Positions 30,955 through 40,141 of a DNA stretch of 64,000 bases are shown piece after piece. The notes beneath the pieces are model-generated. The model saw only the letters and a list, made by a program, of their open reading frames with translations. It made no database searches and was not told the origin of the DNA. Source of the DNA: Candidatus Latescibacterota bacterium (GTDB lineage Bacteria; Latescibacterota; UBA2968; UBA8231); NCBI GenBank assembly GCA_965223905.1, contig CBDCXV010000010.1, positions 2,080,001 through 2,144,000 of the forward strand. The letters run 5' to 3'. Both the position numbers and the translations under genes were made by a program. Each line of letters opens with the position of its first letter. The first letter of the stretch is position 1.

Positions 30955-33657
30955 CTATTCGAAGTACAGCTGCAGGAACACCTCTCTCGAGGACCTGGAT
31001 TGACGGGTGAGTGCGCTCCTGTAATCCCCGCTTATGCGACGGAACCCGAGGTTGAGGTTCACGTCGTACCCGGAGTAGTTCCCCCGATTCTGTAATAAAA
31101 ACACCTGGCTCGTCGCATCGTACGCGGTGAACGGCCAAGCGACGTTCCGGTATCGCTCCTTCAGCATCGGAAAGCCCTGGATCCCCGCTCGCAATACGTT
31201 GCCCGGGGTAAGCCGGTAATCCATCCGGAGGATGGGGATCAGATGGCGCGTATGCAGGAACGGATGTCGTCCGGAAGACGGTACCTTCTTGTGCTCGGTC
31301 AGGAACTTGAACATCGGCATGACCGTGAGATCCCCCAGCTTCCACTGGCAGTCGGCTCGGGTCACCAGCGCCCGCGATCGATCCCGGCTCTTCTCCTGAA
31401 CCGTGCCGTCCTCGAAGTGAGTGCGCCTGCGGGCATTGACTTCGTAGCGGAACCTGGACGACACATTCAGATGGGGTATGCCCTCGAACTTCGTCTCCAG
31501 GAACAACAGGTTGACCAGACTGTTGCGCATGGACAGCTGATCCGGCTGGATCGTACCCTCCGGCACGAAGCCCGTGAACTGCAGGTCCCCTCCCCGGATG
31601 TCCGCCGGTATCGTGTCCCTGACCCGCTTGACCCGGTAATGCACAGTGAGGCTTCCCAATCCCTCGCGTCCGATCCCGTACCGAAGCTTGGAATACAGCA
31701 CCCGGTTGCGCCCCCCGCCTGCGATGCTTTTGACACGATACCAGCCTACCGTATTCCGTACCGCGGGGGTCAGGTCGAGCCGGGTGAACGCATGACTCCC
31801 GCGACGATCCAGATCGTATGGATAATCGGGGCGGTTGTCGTCCTGCCGGACATCCACCGTCCCGTTGTTGTCGAAGTCGTCGCCGTACGTGTATCCATCC
31901 GGATCCACGAAATACATCAGGAACGGCTCCTGGTAGTCCGGCACCCCGTTGTCGTTCACGTTCGTGTCGATAATCCCATCGCCATCCTCGTCCAGCCCGG
32001 GAAACACCCCGTCCAGATCCTGGCTGTCCGGCCATTCATCCTGGTCATCGTTGTCCTCGACCAGCTCGTACAGCTGCGGGACCGCGTTGGGCGATTGCGG
32101 ATCCATAGCCTCGAACGAGGTTTTGAACGTCGCAGGAAGATCGAACAGCTCGACACCCATGAGGGCCCGGGAGAAACGGCGTGAAGCGTTGACGAGGTAG
32201 GCTCGCGTGCTCTGCTTGTGCCACGCTCCCGAGATGCCGGGATAGGTGTAATACCCCACGTTGTTCACGTACTCCCCGCGAACCCTGGCGCCGAGTATAT
32301 CGAGCTCAGCGTCCATCCCATACGTCGCCAGGCCCGTGGGGAACCCGTAATCGAAGGATACCCAGCCCAAATTGGAACGGTCGCGCACCTGACCCACCGC
32401 ACGTCGGACATTGTGCCAATCCGCCCAGTACCCCAAACGCGTAGCCACGTCGATCGCATAGTCGTTCGCCACCAGAGTTCGGAATTGAACCGATCGCGCC
32501 TCCGGGGGTATCCGATACTTGAACACCAGCACATCGGTGCCGCTGGCCTCCAGGGGCTGTCCCTCGGTCAGAGCCACCGGCTCGGGCGGAGGACCGTGGC
32601 GTGGATTTCTCGTCCTGTCGTCGGCCCCCCTCTGACTCAGAATCGTTTCCAGACGCGAGAGAGGACCTATGTTATTGGTGTTGTGGCTGATCGCTTCAGG
32701 CAGCCATGAGCGATCGGCGCGCACGTAGGACAGGAACTGGGTCCGAAGCGGCATTTTTTCCGTTGCCAGCGGACTCGACCTGGTATACGACTCGATTCCG
32801 GATATCCACACCGCCTCGGGCTGAAGGTGCGTGCGCGCACCGTCAATGTACACCTCCAACGCGTGGACTTCGGCGCCCCACCCATCCTCCGGACTGTCAT
32901 CGCTGAAGATCACATAAAGCTCCTCCACTCCACCCCCCCCACCCAGATCGACAGGAACCACCCCGCGCTGAATACGCCCCCCTTTGCGCCTTGAAGCATC
33001 GCTGCGGAAGGTGGTCACGTAGGAAAGCCCCATCCTCAGAAGATCTCCCAGGGTGTTTTCCCACCGCCCCCCGAACAGATAGGTCGAGTGCCTCTCCGCA
33101 CCGACCTCCACGGATCTAGGAAAGGGGTTGGAGATCCTGGACCCCAGGACGGTGAAGCGGTTGCGCCGGGTAGCCCCATCCCAACGGATCCCGCTGAACC
33201 GCGCCAGGCTCAACGTCAGCGAGGTGAACTTCGTGCGTATCGCTTGCCCGATGAGGACGCGATTGGACCAGCCTCGGAAATCATCGCTGGCGATCATCAA
33301 GTTCTGGAAGAGTCTGTCCGACAGATCGCTCTCGAAGAGGAGGCTCCCCCTGCTCGGTGATATGCCGCGGAACTCCTGCAGGCGAAACACGTCCAGGCCA
33401 TCCGCCAGGTAGTTGCCGAACGGATCGTACTGCCGGCGCTCCAGCTCCACGCCAAAGCCATCGATGGGGCTCGTCGTCCGAGTCCCATGCTCGCCTTCAC
33501 CCAGAATCGGCTGCAGCGCATCCCGATACCCGATGGATCCGTAGTTCTCGTACGCCTCCCCCCACAGGGGGTAGTAGTCCCTGGAGATGAACTGCCCCGA
33601 AGCCCCTGAGGCGAGAGCCACGACCCATGGCACGATGATCGAGAGCGGAAAACGCAC
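30955..33657 (-). CDS. Large uncharacterised outer-membrane protein, paralog 3
   Basis: Same blocks; GTG start after AAGGGAG; terminal strand VFLQLYFE. Confidence 0.75.
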   Translation of the reverse strand: MRFPLSIIVPWVVALASGASGQFISRDYYPLWGEAYENYGSIGYRDALQPILGEGEHGTRTTSPIDGFGVELERRQYDPFGNYLADGLDVFRLQEFRGISPSRGSLLFESDLSDRLFQNLMIASDDFRGWSNRVLIGQAIRTKFTSLTLSLARFSGIRWDGATRRNRFTVLGSRISNPFPRSVEVGAERHSTYLFGGRWENTLGDLLRMGLSYVTTFRSDASRRKGGRIQRGVVPVDLGGGGGVEELYVIFSDDSPEDGWGAEVHALEVYIDGARTHLQPEAVWISGIESYTRSSPLATEKMPLRTQFLSYVRADRSWLPEAISHNTNNIGPLSRLETILSQRGADDRTRNPRHGPPPEPVALTEGQPLEASGTDVLVFKYRIPPEARSVQFRTLVANDYAIDVATRLGYWADWHNVRRAVGQVRDRSNLGWVSFDYGFPTGLATYGMDAELDILGARVRGEYVNNVGYYTYPGISGAWHKQSTRAYLVNASRRFSRALMGVELFDLPATFKTSFEAMDPQSPNAVPQLYELVEDNDDQDEWPDSQDLDGVFPGLDEDGDGIIDTNVNDNGVPDYQEPFLMYFVDPDGYTYGDDFDNNGTVDVRQDDNRPDYPYDLDRRGSHAFTRLDLTPAVRNTVGWYRVKSIAGGGRNRVLYSKLRYGIGREGLGSLTVHYRVKRVRDTIPADIRGGDLQFTGFVPEGTIQPDQLSMRNSLVNLLFLETKFEGIPHLNVSSRFRYEVNARRRTHFEDGTVQEKSRDRSRALVTRADCQWKLGDLTVMPMFKFLTEHKKVPSSGRHPFLHTRHLIPILRMDYRLTPGNVLRAGIQGFPMLKERYRNVAWPFTAYDATSQVFLLQNRGNYSGYDVNLNLGFRRISGDYRSALTRQSRSSREVFLQLYFE

Positions 33658-33854
33658 GGCTGCTCCCTTAGTCAGAGGTCCACGAGAACGAATTGAGGAA
33701 GGAAATCCCCATACGGCCCTGAGGAATTCGCGGTCATTCCTGCCTCCCCCCGGTGAAGGGCGCGCTACGCGCGGACCGAGAGTCAACTGCGGGAGACTGA
33801 ATCCATCCCCCGGGATTACGTGTAATGGGGGCGCGCGCCCCAGGTCGGAAGAGG

Positions 33855-35939
33855 CTAGTACACGACGCCTACAGTGCCCATGCGTCGTTCATCCCCTCCA
33901 CCCGCTTCCACCAGCAACTCATACAGATAAATCCCCGGAGGCACGACATTGCCGTGGTCATCTGTTCCATCCCAGCGACCCGGCGCGGACTGCGAACTGC
34001 CATCATACCGTCGCGCCGATAGTGGACCCGTGTGCAGCTCCCGAACAAGCGATCCGTCCAAAGAGAAAACCCGGACCGATACAGGTGCACCCTCCGCCTT
34101 GGCCAGTGTGAAAACAAAGGTGGCATCGTCGTTGGACCCATCCCCGTTCGGCGTGAAAACGGGGGGAGCCACCCCGACGTCGAGCAACACCCGGTCGAGC
34201 ACCTGAGGGGCGGAAACCAACCAGGATCCTCCCGTCCGCGTGTCTTCTACGACGTTCTGCGGGTTCTCCGATCCCGGTGCGAGGAGTTGTGCACTCCAAG
34301 AGTGAGCTATCGAATACATCGCGGCCTTCAAATGGACCGCCAACTGCACATCCTCGTCCAATGGAGGATCGAACGGGATCTCCAACCCCCTCTCGGTCAT
34401 TCCGGCGCCGACCACCTGACTGCCACTGCCTTCCAGCCCGTCGACGGGCGCAACCGGGTCCAGCGTCACCGGCCCTGGAACCGAGATGATCAGCCGCTCA
34501 ACCCCGCGATTCTCCCCTGAGATGCGCAGATCGAGATTGTAGGTGAACGCCGTATCCCTCCCCATCTCCACGGTCACCGGCGATATCCGGCCCAAGGCCG
34601 ATTCGGCGGGCACATCATCCACCGAGGATTCCACCGTGATACTCCGAAACCGGGGCGTAGCGCCCTCCACGCTCGTCGACAGTTGTACACGGTATTGGAA
34701 CTGGCTCGCGGGCTCGGGCGACTCAACGAAGGTATTGCTGTCCTCATAGGCATATTCTCTCGTCCACGGACTCCACACGCCATCCACCATCGTCCTGAAC
34801 TGGAGAGCTACCGAGGTGCCCTCAGGGACGTCTACCTCCCAGGTGATCTTCCCGATGTTCGCGCGGCTGGGTTCGTCGAAATCCAGAGGCTCCGATTCGA
34901 ACGTCCCGGCGGCACTGTACGCTTCACCATACACCTCGACCTCGGCCACATCCGGCGCACTGATCCCGTCTATCTCCGCGACCACAATCCGTATGTATCG
35001 TGCCAGGGCAGGCTCAAAACGGACCGTCGTCTCCTCGTACTCGGTGATCCCGTGCAGAACCGCCACCTCCGACCACCGGAACTGGTCCTCGCTCACCTGA
35101 ACCGAATACCCCTTAAGGGAATTGGTAAAATAGGTACCCGACCTACCTGAGGGTGCCTTCGTGATCACCCGGACGCTGCTCACCCTGCGGACCTCCCGAA
35201 GGTCCACGCTCACATGCTTGTTCAGGGCATTCGCACCGGGGGTCCACGAACTGGTCAGCACTCCATCGTTGGCTTCGAGGACGTTGGAGGGCTGCCCCAA
35301 AGCCAGATTCCGACCTTCTGTCAGGCTCAGCGCAATCCCTCCTTCCCGAGTCCCGATGTCCACGTCTCCCGGATAACCCGCCACAGGCACGACGGATAGA
35401 TCGGTACGCCCCACTATCTGCGCCAGATCCATGCTGCCGGCCTGGACCAACGTGGCCCCGTCCCAGTCCACCTCCACCTCCTCGGGATCCTCGCTGGACC
35501 ATCGCCATGCCCCCTCCCGATCCTCCCGATTCCCCACCTTCGTGCCGGTCCGCTGGGCGCCGGTCTCCAGCTCCACCAGCAGCCCGTTCCCGTTCCCCGT
35601 CCCCTGATTGGTAACTGCCACCAGAATTTCGTTGCTGCCCCGCTCGACCTCTACCTCATACTTGTTCATCTGCGTCCAGTCTCCGGACCCGGCAGCATCC
35701 GGAGGGATTCTCTCGCCATTGAACCACAGATCATACCGATCCGCGGCGGTCAGGCGGATCACACCATCCCCCGCTACATCGGCTTCGAACTCGCTATGGT
35801 ACCATGTCGTATTATCCCAGGAGGCCTCCCGGCACACCCCGAAATCGCACTCCATCTCCGGCGCGACAGGCGCCGGTACGGTGAGCATGAAAACCCACAG
35901 GCTCAGGCTGCTGAGCTGCTCGCGGTTGCGCTTCATCAT
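33855..35939 (-). CDS. Secreted discoidin (F5/8C) domain protein with FlgD-Ig/CHU_C-like CTD
   Basis: RNLALGQP...VDL...Y.VQVS...ARYIRI...VAEVEVYG; C-terminal FTPNGDGSND...WDG.D..G..VPPGIY. Confidence 0.82.
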   Translation of the reverse strand: MMKRNREQLSSLSLWVFMLTVPAPVAPEMECDFGVCREASWDNTTWYHSEFEADVAGDGVIRLTAADRYDLWFNGERIPPDAAGSGDWTQMNKYEVEVERGSNEILVAVTNQGTGNGNGLLVELETGAQRTGTKVGNREDREGAWRWSSEDPEEVEVDWDGATLVQAGSMDLAQIVGRTDLSVVPVAGYPGDVDIGTREGGIALSLTEGRNLALGQPSNVLEANDGVLTSSWTPGANALNKHVSVDLREVRRVSSVRVITKAPSGRSGTYFTNSLKGYSVQVSEDQFRWSEVAVLHGITEYEETTVRFEPALARYIRIVVAEIDGISAPDVAEVEVYGEAYSAAGTFESEPLDFDEPSRANIGKITWEVDVPEGTSVALQFRTMVDGVWSPWTREYAYEDSNTFVESPEPASQFQYRVQLSTSVEGATPRFRSITVESSVDDVPAESALGRISPVTVEMGRDTAFTYNLDLRISGENRGVERLIISVPGPVTLDPVAPVDGLEGSGSQVVGAGMTERGLEIPFDPPLDEDVQLAVHLKAAMYSIAHSWSAQLLAPGSENPQNVVEDTRTGGSWLVSAPQVLDRVLLDVGVAPPVFTPNGDGSNDDATFVFTLAKAEGAPVSVRVFSLDGSLVRELHTGPLSARRYDGSSQSAPGRWDGTDDHGNVVPPGIYLYELLVEAGGGDERRMGTVGVVY

Positions 35940-35983
35940 TCGGACCGCCTCGAAATCACCCGGACAAACCCCCCTGAAAACAA

Positions 35984-36018
35984 GAGGTGGAGGAAGGACA
36001 GGGCCCTCCCTCCACCTC
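35984..36018 (-). terminator. Rho-independent terminator after the CTD protein
   Basis: GAGGTGGAGG...CCTCCACCTC stem followed by TTGTTTT on the minus strand. Confidence 0.6.
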
Positions 36019-36040
36019 GGTTACACGATCGGCGACCTCT

Positions 36041-37993
36041 TTACTTGAGCAGGGTCATCTTCTTGGTCTGCTCGTAGTCCCCGACCTTCAATCGGTAGAA
36101 ATACAAGCCGCCGGCAACGGTCTGTCCGGCGGCATTCGTCCCATCCCAACTGGTGCGGTAGGACCCGGCCGACAGGAACTCGTTAACCAGGGTGCTGACC
36201 TTCTGGCCCTGGTTGTTGTATACCGTCATCAGCGCATCGCCTCCGACGGGAATAGCGAACTCGATCTGCGTCTGCGCATTGAACGGGTTGGGATACGCAT
36301 CACCCAGTGTGAACGCGCCGGGCGTTGCGGAAGACACTTCCTCCACCACGGTTACGTCCGTACCGATGAGAGCGGATTCAATCCGGAACGGCAGATGGGC
36401 AACCTGGTAACCGCCGTTCGCGTCGTTCCAGCCGTCCTCGGCTGTAAGGATATAGAGTCCGTCCCAGTTCGAGTGCTCGTGGATCATGTTCGTCCCCGAA
36501 CCGGTCGCCCCGTTACCACTTAGCGCCGCCTTGTCGATGTCGACACCGAAGATACCCGCGCCATCGGGGCCGAAGATATTCCCATAGACAACTTGGGCGT
36601 TCATCTCCCCTCTGGTAGCCTGAGTGACGAAAGTGAACTTCTCAGCAGACTGGGAAACCGCATGAGCCTGACCCTCAGTTGTCGGCTCGACACCCAAGGC
36701 TTGGGCTTCGTCCGCAAAGATCATGTCGTTGAAGCCGTCGCCGGCATCATTCATGTAGATGAGGTCGCCGTTCCAGTCGACCTTGGTCGGGCTTCTCGTC
36801 GTCGACGATCCACCCCAACCGCCAGCGACCATGACGAACCCATCCTCATCGATTTCGATGCAGTTGATCATGCTGGCCCGGAGCTCCCGTGCCCCCTCGG
36901 CAGCGTAGGCCTCCCATACGTAGTAATCAGAGACGTCGATGACGTCGGTGACCTCGCCCGTAGGGGCATCCATCTCGTAGACAGCGGCGAACGGGGGATT
37001 GGTCGCGTACCCGTGGCCCAGGTACAGTTTGTTCTCGTAGAATTGGATGGAGGTGAAAACATTCGACTGGTCGCCCCGAGCGACCTTAACCTGCCAGCTA
37101 GCCGGGGGTTCCCCGAAGCCATCCATGGGAACGGAGGTCTGCGAGTCCCAATCTACGGTAACGCCAATGACGCCGACATTAGCATAGCCATACATCCAGT
37201 TCCTGGAGAAGTCCGCAGGATCGATGGCCGTGCCATGTGCCTGACCATTTAGGATGTGTGCTTTGTTCCCTTCGTCGTCCGTCAGGCCGTATTCCGGGAA
37301 CTCGACTACCCTGTCGGCGATATGGTCGTACGGGCTGTCGGCATCCAGGAAATTCCCCGGGGCGATGGGATACAGCATGAAACCACCGCCGTACGGATGG
37401 TCGATGTGCCCTCTCGGGCCTTCGCCCTCTCCCCCCTGCCGGCCGCCGCCCAATCCAGCTGGGATGCCGTACATCCATCCCTGGCCCTGCCAGACCCTCG
37501 CCTGGGTGCTGCGCATCCGGAACCCGTACCCCGTGATGGCAACCCAGTTGGCGTCACTGATGTTGTCGACGGCCAGAACATAGAGCGTATAGGTTCCCGC
37601 CTCGACCGGGTCTCCGGCCCAATCGGTGCCATCCCACGCGCAGGTACCCGACCCCACATCATACTGCCCGCACTCGACCACTTTCACCATGTTGGGAATC
37701 CCCGCCCTGCGGTTCAGGGCGTGGCCGCCATTCCAGGCAGGGTGACCGGGGCCGCCCCAGCCGCCCGGAGTGGCCTGGTCCTTAGTGTAAATCGCCAGGT
37801 AGACGTTTGCATTGGCACCCGACAGAGTAAATGGAACCTCCGCGTTGCCGCTGAAATCGTAGCTCACGTTCCCTACATCGAGATTGAGCAGCGTCAGAGG
37901 CTCGCTGCGCACGTACTCGTAGCCCTCGGTCCCCGCGTAAATTTGGGAAGCACAGAGGACCATCATCATGATGACGATTAACTTCACTCGCAT
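36041..37993 (-). CDS. Secreted protein with N-terminal FlgD-Ig and T9SS type A-like sorting domain
   Basis: WDGTDW.G.PV..G.Y near N-terminus; C-terminal AYPNPFNAQT.I.F...GQKV..L...WDG...GLYFYRL...KKMTLLK; AAGGAG RBS. Confidence 0.88.
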   Translation of the reverse strand: MRVKLIVIMMMVLCASQIYAGTEGYEYVRSEPLTLLNLDVGNVSYDFSGNAEVPFTLSGANANVYLAIYTKDQATPGGWGGPGHPAWNGGHALNRRAGIPNMVKVVECGQYDVGSGTCAWDGTDWAGDPVEAGTYTLYVLAVDNISDANWVAITGYGFRMRSTQARVWQGQGWMYGIPAGLGGGRQGGEGEGPRGHIDHPYGGGFMLYPIAPGNFLDADSPYDHIADRVVEFPEYGLTDDEGNKAHILNGQAHGTAIDPADFSRNWMYGYANVGVIGVTVDWDSQTSVPMDGFGEPPASWQVKVARGDQSNVFTSIQFYENKLYLGHGYATNPPFAAVYEMDAPTGEVTDVIDVSDYYVWEAYAAEGARELRASMINCIEIDEDGFVMVAGGWGGSSTTRSPTKVDWNGDLIYMNDAGDGFNDMIFADEAQALGVEPTTEGQAHAVSQSAEKFTFVTQATRGEMNAQVVYGNIFGPDGAGIFGVDIDKAALSGNGATGSGTNMIHEHSNWDGLYILTAEDGWNDANGGYQVAHLPFRIESALIGTDVTVVEEVSSATPGAFTLGDAYPNPFNAQTQIEFAIPVGGDALMTVYNNQGQKVSTLVNEFLSAGSYRTSWDGTNAAGQTVAGGLYFYRLKVGDYEQTKKMTLLK

Positions 37994-38236
37994 CTCAAGC
38001 TCCTTTGGTTGGTTGACATGGAAACTGATGACGCGCCTTTGCCGTGCAGTTGGTCCGGCATGGCCCGCTTGCTGCCTTCTCCACATGCACTCAGTTCACT
38101 TCCGGATCTCCTCCTTTCTGGTCCGTTCGATGGGCTATCTGGTTAAAGTCGACATTCCTGCGTTTTCCGCATCCTTTCTTCCGGAAAAATCGCAGGTTTC
38201 CCGCCTCGTGTGAAAGCTACCGACAGCCTGTTTTCC

Positions 38237-38773
38237 CTACGACGTTCCTGGCACTATCACGAAATCATACCCTTTGACGCTGATATTCTTCACCTGCGAA
38301 CTGACCGTCAAGTGATGGTAGTGCTCGAACGGATACCACTTCCTGACCCCTGTCTTGGGTACCGAGACCGTCGGCTCGTCCTCGGGTCCCTCGACCCCGA
38401 TAATCCTGAATGCCTCCGTCTCGTCGAAAGGGTCCATCTTTTTGAACCCGTAGTTCACGTACGTGCACAAACTGTCCTTGATGATGGCGAAAACCTTCAC
38501 CCCCTTCAAATCGTTCCACTTGATATTCCCGTACGGTTGATTCCCCAGTTGCGGGCGATATGCGTCAGGTTCACCGAAGCGCGCGACCAGTTCCTCCACG
38601 CTGCTGCCGAGCACGAAGTGGACATCGAGATAGGTCTCACCTTCGGCATTCCTCGCCGCCTTGAGGGCGGCAATTTTTTCGCTTTCGTGTTGTGCGCCTT
38701 CCTCGCTCCCGGAACAGGAAACGAGTTGAATTCCGCAACAACAGAGTAAAAAAACACCTCGAATTCCAAGCAC
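38237..38773 (-). CDS. Hypothetical lipoprotein
   Basis: LVSC lipobox, coherent codon usage; start uncertain. Confidence 0.6.
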   Translation of the reverse strand: MLGIRGVFLLCCCGIQLVSCSGSEEGAQHESEKIAALKAARNAEGETYLDVHFVLGSSVEELVARFGEPDAYRPQLGNQPYGNIKWNDLKGVKVFAIIKDSLCTYVNYGFKKMDPFDETEAFRIIGVEGPEDEPTVSVPKTGVRKWYPFEHYHHLTVSSQVKNISVKGYDFVIVPGTS

Positions 38774-38798
38774 TTTTTGCCCCGTATACCCCCGAAGA

Positions 38799-39227
38799 TC
38801 AGGACGTCCCCAGCTGGGCCTCCGCCTTCTTCTCCGTTGCGAGCACGATCTTCTCGATCCCGATCCGCTTCGCCGTCTCCATCAGGTCGAGGACCAATCC
38901 GTGACGGGTATCCTTGTCCGTACGGATGATCAGAGTCACCACCCTCACCCCCTCCTTCTCCCGCGTCAGCACGCCCTCCAGACTTTCCAGCGTCACCGGA
39001 TATCGGTTCACCTCCATGACCCCGGTTCGATCGATCGTGGCCACCAGCTTCTTCTCCTCGATCATCGTCGCCTCTTCCGCCTCGGGCAGCAACACCTTCA
39101 ACCGGTAGGGCTCCTGGAACACCGTCGTCACCATGAAGAAGATCAACAGCAGGAACACGCAGTCGATCAAAGGGGTCAACTCCATATCCCCCGACTCGAC
39201 AACAGCCCCGCGACGTCTCTGTGCCAT
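38799..39227 (-). CDS. exbD: Biopolymer transport protein ExbD/TolR
   Basis: LTPLIDCVFLLLIFFMVTT; IRTD...G.V..LM..AK..GI. Confidence 0.92.
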   Translation of the reverse strand: MAQRRRGAVVESGDMELTPLIDCVFLLLIFFMVTTVFQEPYRLKVLLPEAEEATMIEEKKLVATIDRTGVMEVNRYPVTLESLEGVLTREKEGVRVVTLIIRTDKDTRHGLVLDLMETAKRIGIEKIVLATEKKAEAQLGTS

Positions 39228-39239
39228 CTATCCCGACCT

Positions 39240-39653
39240 TCAAGTTCCCTGCAACTTCGCGAAGGCGATCCCCTTCACACCCACCCCCTTTGCCGCATCC
39301 ACCACCTCCACAACCCGCGACTGGGCGACATCCCGATCTCCCTGGATGATCACGTTGTCGTTGCGATTCTCCACCATCGCCCGTTCTATCCGGGCCCGCA
39401 GCTCTCCCGGGGGTACTTCCTCACCGCCGATCTCGATACGGCCGTCCCTCTCGACGATGATGTTGATATCTTTCTTCTCCTGTTGTTCAGTGGCCTGGGA
39501 CGCCCTGGGCAAGTCGACATCGAGTCCCCGCGCGTGGATGAAGACGGTGGTCACCATGAAGAAGATCAACAGCAGGAACACGCAGTCGATCAACGGGGTC
39601 AGATCTACCGCCTCTTCGGAGATGAAGCTCTGTTTCACTCGATGCCGGGCCAT
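39240..39653 (-). CDS. exbD: Biopolymer transport protein ExbD/TolR
   Basis: LTPLIDCVFLLLIFFMVTT, VDLPRA, IIQGD...VVEVVDAAK..G; start MARHRV. Confidence 0.92.
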   Translation of the reverse strand: MARHRVKQSFISEEAVDLTPLIDCVFLLLIFFMVTTVFIHARGLDVDLPRASQATEQQEKKDINIIVERDGRIEIGGEEVPPGELRARIERAMVENRNDNVIIQGDRDVAQSRVVEVVDAAKGVGVKGIAFAKLQGT

Positions 39654-40141
39654 TGTTCTGTCCGAACTGACTCCCGTCGTCTTCGGATTCTCCGGGTCCC
39701 CAATGGACCGCAACGCCCTAGAGTACAGGCGCACTCCACGCACTCCAATGGGTACATAAGTTACCTTTCTTGACCTCGACAACCAAGGAAAAAAGACCAC
39801 GTCTGCTCTGGGGGTGAACCGGATGTTCCATTTGCCGAACGGGTCAATGCAGACCTCGATCAGCCGGGTCTCGGGGTTGACCGTCAGCCACCGACGCCGC
39901 TTCCCGCCGCGATTGCATTGCCCTATCTCCTTTATAAACATGGAATTAGGGCAGAATATCCAAGGGGTATCAGGGGAAACCAAACTGCCGAATTGGCAGC
40001 GATTCTGATAGACCGGCCCTGGGCAGGTTCGGAAAGCCAGACGCCTCGGTCCCCCTCGGTTTTTCATATCGGACCTGCGGCAAAGGCAGTATACCGCGAT
40101 CCCAACTGGCGCCGCCGCCACGGCAATGCGTACTATCGCCG

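Noticed and set aside
39950-40070. Cobalamin riboswitch or sigma54 promoter between exbD and the M28 fusion
   Set aside because: Only partial motif resemblance; B12 box and the -12 GC element not found
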